Notes under the pieces: model-generated
What the model was told of the DNA's origin: nothing
The model's input: the letters and a program-made list of their open reading frames with translations, nothing else
The model's database searches: none
Made by a program: the position numbers and the translations under genes
In this document: positions 25,687-31,033 of the stretch, piece after piece
How positions within the stretch are numbered: the stretch's first letter is position 1
Layout of the letters: every line of letters starts with the position of its first letter
Assembly: GCA_050248075.1 (NCBI GenBank)
Contig: JBFWTA010000001.1
Coordinates: forward strand, 1-31,033
Source: Bdellovibrionales bacterium
GTDB lineage: Bacteria > Pseudomonadota > Alphaproteobacteria > UBA9219
Reading direction: 5' to 3'
Length of the DNA: 31,033 nt

Positions 25687-25762
25687 TCCGAAAAAATGGT
25701 TATCTTGCGGCAAGAAAGCGGACGGGCCGGAGGGCTTATCCGCCCGCAGGCGCGGGGACCTC

Positions 25763-26956
25763 TTATCCCACCATTTCTCCGGCATAAACACGAGCGGCGC
25801 GGTCCGCTTCGCGCAAGACATCGAGATCGCTCAGATTTGTCGGCGGCGCGGAATTCAGCACTTTTTCGTTGATGCGCTCGATGTCAAGGAACCTGATTTT
25901 TTTATCGAGGAAGGCCTGAACGGCAACTTCGTTGGCGGCATTCAGCATCGCCGGGGCGATCCCGCCCTTGTTCATGGCTTCACGCGCGAAGCGCAGCGCC
26001 GGGAATTTATCGGGATCGGGTGATTCGAAAGTGAGCTGGCCGAGCCGGGCGAGGTCGAGCTTCGCCGCCGGCGTGGCCATGCGGTCGGGCCAGGCGAGCG
26101 TATAGCCGATCGGCGTGCGCATATCGGGCGTGCCCATTTGTGCCAGCACCGAGCCGTCTTCGTATTCGACCATGCTGTGGATGACGGATTGCGGGTGAAC
26201 GATCACGTCGATCTTTTCGGCGGGCATCTGGAAAAGGAAGTGGGCTTCGATAACTTCCAGCGCCTTGTTCATGAGCGTGGCGCTGTCGATAGAAATCTTG
26301 GCGCCCATGCTCCATACAGGATGTTTGACGGCCTGTTCGGGGGTGACTTTGGCCATTTCGGCGCGTGACGCGGTACGGAACGGCCCGCCGGAAGCGGTAA
26401 GAATAAGGCGCGAGATGGCTTCGCGGCGTTCGAAATCGAAGACCTGCCAGATGGCGTTATGCTCGCTGTCGACCGGCAGAAGCCTTGCGCCGGCTTCGGC
26501 GGCGAGCTTCATCATGAGGGGGCCGGCGCAGACCAGCGTTTCCTTGTTGGCGAAAGCGATAATGGCGCCGCGCCGGGCGGCGGCGAGGGTCGACGGCAAG
26601 CCCGCGGCGCCGACAATGGCGGCCATGACCCAGTCGCTGTCGGCCTGCGCGGCTTCGACGACGGCCCGTTCGCCGGCGGCCACGGCAATGTTGGTATCGC
26701 CGAGCGCGGTCTTGAGCGCTTCATACTTGCTTTCATCGGCGATGACGGCGAGTTCCGGCTGCAGCAGGCGGGCCTGTTCGACAAGCTTTTCGATATTTTG
26801 TTTGGCGGTAAGCGCGACCACTTCGTATTTTTCCGGCGCGCGGGAAATAAGATCGATTGTCTGGCAGCCGACCGATCCGGTGGACCCGAGAATGGATACG
26901 CGGCGGCGCTTCGATGCTGGATTTAGCGCTTCGATTTTTGCCTGCATGACACTCAT
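25763..26956 (-). CDS. dxr: 1-deoxy-D-xylulose 5-phosphate reductoisomerase
   Basis: ILGSTGSVG, ANKETLV, LPVDSEH, LTASGGPF, WSMGAKISIDSATLMNKALE, NAANEVAV. Confidence 0.97.
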   Translation of the reverse strand: MSVMQAKIEALNPASKRRRVSILGSTGSVGCQTIDLISRAPEKYEVVALTAKQNIEKLVEQARLLQPELAVIADESKYEALKTALGDTNIAVAAGERAVVEAAQADSDWVMAAIVGAAGLPSTLAAARRGAIIAFANKETLVCAGPLMMKLAAEAGARLLPVDSEHNAIWQVFDFERREAISRLILTASGGPFRTASRAEMAKVTPEQAVKHPVWSMGAKISIDSATLMNKALEVIEAHFLFQMPAEKIDVIVHPQSVIHSMVEYEDGSVLAQMGTPDMRTPIGYTLAWPDRMATPAAKLDLARLGQLTFESPDPDKFPALRFAREAMNKGGIAPAMLNAANEVAVQAFLDKKIRFLDIERINEKVLNSAPPTNLSDLDVLREADRAARVYAGEMVG

Positions 26957-26981
26957 TTTCGACCTGTTCGTTACAATATAT

Positions 26982-27653
26982 CTATGGCGCGCCGAAGCGT
27001 CCGGCGCCGACCGCCCAGCATAGCAGGGCAAATGAACTAACGGCGAATATCAGCCCGTCGATCCGGTCAAGGATGCCGCCATGGCCGGGGATAAGATTGC
27101 CGCTTTCCTTGACGCCGGCGCGCCGCTTCACCCATGATTCGAACAAATCGCCGATTTGCGAGAGGATAGCGAGGCTGGCCGAAAGAACAACGGCCATGCC
27201 GGGCGGGGGCAGGACGCCGATTATTGCTGCGACCATAGCATAACCGAACATGCAGGCGAGCACGATTCCGCCGAAAAGCCCGGCCCATGTTTTATTGGGG
27301 CTGACGCGCGGCGCGAGTTTTGGACCGCCGATCAGCCGGCCGGCCACATAAGCGCCGATGTCGGTGCCCCACACGACGGCAAGTAGATAATAAATGTAGG
27401 TGCGGCCATCGACCGGTATGTCGCGGATGTAAAGCAGTGCAAGACCGAAACCGCAGACATAGGGTATGCCCAGCAAACGCAGTTTAAAATCGGCGCGGGT
27501 GAGATTCAGCCATTCCTGCGTAGCCAGCGCCACCGCCGCGACGACGACAAGGACGTAAAGCACGCCGCCAAAATAGACGGCAAGCAGGACGAGGGGGGCC
27601 AGCACCAGCGATGAGATCAGGCGCAGACGCAAATTCGCGATATCGAAAGTCAT
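26982..27653 (-). CDS. cdsA: phosphatidate cytidylyltransferase (short form)
   Basis: WGTDIGAY, SPNKTWAG, GDLFESWVKR..GVKESG.LIPGHGGILDRIDG. Confidence 0.94.
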   Translation of the reverse strand: MTFDIANLRLRLISSLVLAPLVLLAVYFGGVLYVLVVVAAVALATQEWLNLTRADFKLRLLGIPYVCGFGLALLYIRDIPVDGRTYIYYLLAVVWGTDIGAYVAGRLIGGPKLAPRVSPNKTWAGLFGGIVLACMFGYAMVAAIIGVLPPPGMAVVLSASLAILSQIGDLFESWVKRRAGVKESGNLIPGHGGILDRIDGLIFAVSSFALLCWAVGAGRFGAP

Positions 27654-27664
27654 AGTTTTAAAGA

Positions 27665-28378
27665 TCAGCCGTGATTGACGGTGGTGCCATAACGGCGCTC
27701 GCGGCGCTGGAATTCGTCAATGGCCTGGGCAAGATGCTCGCCGGAAAAATCGGGCCACAGCACATCGAGGAACACGAATTCGGCATAGGCCGATTGCCAG
27801 AGCAGGAAATTGGAAATGCGCTTTTCGCCGCTGGTGCGGATCACGAGATCGGGATCGGGCATGCCGCCGGTGGACAGAAAAGATTGAACGACGTGTTCGT
27901 CGATCGCGTCGCTTTGCAGTTCGCCGCGTTGCACGGCCTTGGCGAGGCGCTGGGCGGCGGCTGTGATTTCCTGGCGGCCGCCATAACTGAGGGCAAGCGT
28001 AAGCGTAAGCACCTTGTTGTCCTGCGTAAGGTCTTCGGCGTGAATGATGAGGTCAACGATATCGGAAGGTAATTTGGCACGGTCGCCGATAACCTTGATG
28101 CGGACACCTTCCTTATGAAGCGTGGCCAGCTCGCTGCGCAGATAGAAGCGCAGAAGCTTCATAAGCTCCTCGATCTCCATCAGCGGGCGGCGCCAGTTTT
28201 CCGAGGAAAAACTGTAGAGCGTGAGATGGCCGACGGGAAGCTCCTTCGCGGCTTTCAGCGTCCGGCGCACCGCTTCGATCCCGGCGCGGTGGCCCATGGT
28301 GCGTGGCATATTGCGCGCCGCGGCCCAGCGGCCGTTGCCGTCCATGATGATCGCAATATGGAGCTTTTTGTCGCTCAT
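27665..28378 (-). CDS. uppS: undecaprenyl diphosphate synthase
   Basis: [47 protein letters not shown]. Confidence 0.97.
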   Translation of the reverse strand: MSDKKLHIAIIMDGNGRWAAARNMPRTMGHRAGIEAVRRTLKAAKELPVGHLTLYSFSSENWRRPLMEIEELMKLLRFYLRSELATLHKEGVRIKVIGDRAKLPSDIVDLIIHAEDLTQDNKVLTLTLALSYGGRQEITAAAQRLAKAVQRGELQSDAIDEHVVQSFLSTGGMPDPDLVIRTSGEKRISNFLLWQSAYAEFVFLDVLWPDFSGEHLAQAIDEFQRRERRYGTTVNHG

Positions 28379-28923
28379 ACGGTCGTTATCTCTTTTTCCT
28401 TTGCCGCATAGGCTTCGTCGATTTTCTTGATCGCTTCGTCGGTAAGCTTTTGCGTCTTGTCGCTCTGGGTCTTGTGCTCGTCTTCGGAAATCTTGCCGTC
28501 CTTCTGTTCTTTCTTGAGCGCGTCCAGCGTATCGCGGCGCACATTGCGCACCGCCACGCGGGCCTGTTCGGCATACTTGCTGGCAATCTTGGCTAATTCT
28601 TGGCGGCGTTCGGCGCTGAGTTCCGGGATTGGCACGCGTACCAGTTGGCCGTCCGGCTGCGGGTTAAGGCCAAGCCCTGCGTCGCGGATCGCTTTTTCGA
28701 CGGCCTTTACAAGCCCCCCATCCCAGACCTGAACGGTAAGCAGCCGCGATTCCGGCACGCCCACGGTGCCGACCTGGCTCAGCGGCATGGCGCTGCCATA
28801 GGCTTCCACCTGGATTTTATCGAGAAGGCTGGTTGCGGCGCGGCCGGTGCGCAATCCGCCGAATTCCTTCTTGAGAGATTCGACGGCGCCTTCCATGCGT
28901 TGCTTGGTCTGGTCGAGATTCAT
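28375..28923 (-). CDS. frr: ribosome recycling factor
   Basis: [49 protein letters not shown]; ATGA overlap with uppS. Confidence 0.97.
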   Translation of the reverse strand: MNLDQTKQRMEGAVESLKKEFGGLRTGRAATSLLDKIQVEAYGSAMPLSQVGTVGVPESRLLTVQVWDGGLVKAVEKAIRDAGLGLNPQPDGQLVRVPIPELSAERRQELAKIASKYAEQARVAVRNVRRDTLDALKKEQKDGKISEDEHKTQSDKTQKLTDEAIKKIDEAYAAKEKEITTV

Positions 28924-29067
28924 GGTTAATTTCCTTTCGAATTCCGATGAGAGAGAAAATAGCATTTTAAGGGAGGCGGCAAAAGGCTCATTATAAAAGC
29001 GTGAAAATCAAGCTAAACGGCTTCGGTATGCGCGCTTGCTTATAGCGGATACATCGAGGGAGAGTTC

Positions 29068-29394
29068 ATGCCGCTGCGAAAGAAGGTGCTTTCTCTAATA
29101 TCGGTTGGCGGATTGCTTTTTGGAGGGTGCTCCGGGAACACGCAAAATGTTGGCACTTCCGTGCCGATTACCAAAGCCGACACAACCCCCAGAATAAACG
29201 CCGGCCAGGTTTTTAATGACCTGGCAACGTTACGCAGAATGCGAGAAGAATGCCAGGATTTGGAAGAAAGGGGCTGGTGGGCATCCGCCGAATTGTGTCG
29301 CAGGGATATGGAGGCTTTTGCACGCCAGTTTTATCGGAACGCCAACAGGCTGGGGGCTCAGGCTCGTTCTTTATTGACGCCCGCTAATCCGTAA
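29068..29394 (+). CDS. hypothetical lipoprotein (108 aa) inserted antisense between pyrH and frr
   Basis: GGAG upstream; basic n-region RKK, hydrophobic h-region, lipobox FGG-C21; 3' end overlaps the pyrH 3' end by 11 nt. Confidence 0.65.
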   Translation: MPLRKKVLSLISVGGLLFGGCSGNTQNVGTSVPITKADTTPRINAGQVFNDLATLRRMREECQDLEERGWWASAELCRRDMEAFARQFYRNANRLGAQARSLLTPANP

Positions 29395-30124
29395 TAATCG
29401 TAAATTTTCCCTGGCCTTGCAGCACCTCGGCGAAGCCGCCGTGGTTGAAGATGGAGAAGACAAGGATGGGGATTTTGCTCTGGCGCGCGAGCGATATGGC
29501 GGAGGTGTCCATCACTTGCAAATCTTTCGAAAGCACATCGAGATAGCTGAGTTTATCAAAGCGTTGTGCATCCTTCACCTTGACCGGATCGGCGCTGTAG
29601 ACGCCATCGACCTTGGTCGCCTTAAGCAGGGCGTTGCACTGCATTTCGGAAGCGCGCAGGGCGGCGGCGGAGTCGGTGGTAAAAAACGGATTGCCGGTGC
29701 CGGCCGCGAAAATCACGACGCGGCCCTTTTCCATGTGCCGGATGGCGCGGCGGCGGATATAGGGTTCGCAGACGGTGGACATGGGAATTGCAGAAAGAAC
29801 ACGTGTCTGCACGCCGACTTTTTCAAGCGCGTTCTGCATGGCCAGCGCATTGATGACGGTGGCAAGCATGCCCATGTAATCGGCCGTCGCGCGGTCCATG
29901 CCGCTGGCGGCGCCGGAAACGCCGCGAAAAATATTGCCGCCGCCGATCACGGCGCAAACCTCGACGCCCATCTCGATAACGGATTTGATCTCTTCGGCGA
30001 CACGGTTGACGGTTTCGGGATCGAGCCCGTAATCGCGGCCGCCCATCAGGGCCTCGCCGGAAAGCTTCAGCAGAACGCGCTTGTAGCGCGAGGACGAATT
30101 GACAGGAGATGATCTGCCCGGCAT
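29384..30124 (-). CDS. pyrH: uridylate kinase
   Basis: [45 protein letters not shown]; start at 30124 preferred (GGAGA upstream), 30154 is the alternative. Confidence 0.97.
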   Translation of the reverse strand: MPGRSSPVNSSSRYKRVLLKLSGEALMGGRDYGLDPETVNRVAEEIKSVIEMGVEVCAVIGGGNIFRGVSGAASGMDRATADYMGMLATVINALAMQNALEKVGVQTRVLSAIPMSTVCEPYIRRRAIRHMEKGRVVIFAAGTGNPFFTTDSAAALRASEMQCNALLKATKVDGVYSADPVKVKDAQRFDKLSYLDVLSKDLQVMDTSAISLARQSKIPILVFSIFNHGGFAEVLQGQGKFTIITD

Positions 30125-30249
30125 GTCGCGTTTCTCCGCCAGATTGCTGGTCATTATCGTGCCCCGGGATTAAAGATTCGCTAGCAAGGCCTTAAATAAC
30201 ATAGTGACGCGGAGTCGTCCAAACTTTAGCGAAGGAATACAGGAGGTTG

Positions 30250-30810
30250 TTATCGCAACCCCGAGGGAGATGGATTTCCCAGGGAAAGGCGCTGCTTTAC
30301 CGTCTTTAACGTCTGGCTTGGGCTTAGTCCTGAATTGTCGATGTAATTCCGAAGGCCGATTTTCGGCTGCAGCGCCTTCAGCAATTCATATTGTTTAGTC
30401 ATGGCCCGCCGCTGCGCCAACCTGGCGCGGCCGACGAGTGCCGGGCCGGGCCGCATATGGACACGGTGAAAGGCGATTTCCATTTCCGGCCTCAGGACAA
30501 CGACCCTGAAAGCCGGACCAAACAGCTTTTTCAGAAGGGCAATCAGGGCAGGGCTGGGCAGATAATCGATCACGACTTTATTTTTGGCTTTCAAAAGCCT
30601 TTTGATCTTTCGGATAATCGCTTGGTGCAGCCGGTCGCGCTTGAAGGCCAGTGTATAGGCGCCCGGTTCCCGTCCGAACAGCCGGCGCCAGATACGGTCG
30701 CCATGAATGACGGAAAAGCCATACCGCCGCACGAGTAATTCGGCAATTGTCGATTTCCCTGCGGCGGTTGGACCGGTGAGTAACAGAACGGTTGGTTCCG
30801 CCGCCGCCAT
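30250..30810 (-). CDS. small P-loop kinase (NMP-kinase / AAA_33-like fold), substrate unknown
   Basis: LLLTGPTAAGKST Walker A, IHGDRIWR, VVIDY, VVLRP...R lid, IDNSGLSP; starts 12 nt after the tsf stop. Confidence 0.7.
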   Translation of the reverse strand: MAAAEPTVLLLTGPTAAGKSTIAELLVRRYGFSVIHGDRIWRRLFGREPGAYTLAFKRDRLHQAIIRKIKRLLKAKNKVVIDYLPSPALIALLKKLFGPAFRVVVLRPEMEIAFHRVHMRPGPALVGRARLAQRRAMTKQYELLKALQPKIGLRNYIDNSGLSPSQTLKTVKQRLSLGNPSPSGLR

Positions 30811-30822
30811 GGAGAGCCGGCC

Positions 30823-31033
30823 TTAGCTGGCCATTTTCGCGACTTCCGCCGCGAAATCGTCCTGGGTCTTTTCGATGCCTTCGCCGAGCTGGTAGCGCAC
30901 AAAGTTAATAAGCTTCACAGGCGCGCCCAGCGTCTTGCCGGCCTTTCGACGACATCCTTGATCTTGCTTTCGCCGTCGACGACATAGGTTTGCTCGAGCA
31001 GCTCGACTTCTTCGTAATATTTACGAATGCGGC
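30823..31033 (-). CDS. tsf: elongation factor Ts, 3' end (truncated by the window edge) with an apparent 1-nt deletion at 30944-30946
   Basis: [29 protein letters not shown], then in another frame [40 protein letters not shown]. Confidence 0.93.

Noticed and set aside
30250-30810. MiaA call from the GPTAAGK Walker A
   Set aside because: The protein is far shorter than MiaA and lacks its DSxQxY and other motifs; it has a small-kinase layout.
1-31033. CRISPR arrays, transposases, integrases, prophage or rRNA genes
   Set aside because: No regularly spaced repeats or matching protein motifs were seen on either strand.

Overview
GC-rich alphaproteobacterial chromosomal window, inferred from lpxI in the fabZ-lpxA-lpxI-lpxB block, opgC, nhaD and CtrA-type motifs; no finer taxonomy can be assigned from sequence alone. 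The right half (15.8-31.0 kb, minus strand) is the conserved tsf-pyrH-frr-uppS-cdsA-dxr-rseP-bamA-skp-fabZ-lpxA-lpxI-lpxB cluster. It has no lpxD, has two extra genes inserted (a small P-loop kinase after tsf and an opposite-strand lipoprotein between pyrH and frr), and runs on into GT4, GT9 and argB. The left half is accessory: tRNA-Pro(GGG), small envelope genes (creA, tandem OB-fold protein, ccmE, DUF3300), a perfect parS palindrome, and a low-GC gene for a LapG/BTLCP-like lipoprotein with altered catalytic motifs. It also holds an SGNH hydrolase / SxtJ / DUF5989 / carbamoyltransferase / methyltransferase / four-His membrane protein locus, followed by opgC-nhaD. The best candidate for an undescribed system is that carbamoyltransferase locus. 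Its 50-aa microprotein, missing from the ORF track, ends in LIYAIF, matching the C-terminal Tyr acyl-shuttle hexapeptide pattern of DltX. This suggests an MBOAT-independent carbamoyl relay to a periplasmic SGNH transferase, which is a hypothesis only. Two 1-nt homopolymer frameshifts are present, one in essential tsf, so some indels here are probably assembly errors. No CRISPR array, transposase or integrase was seen.
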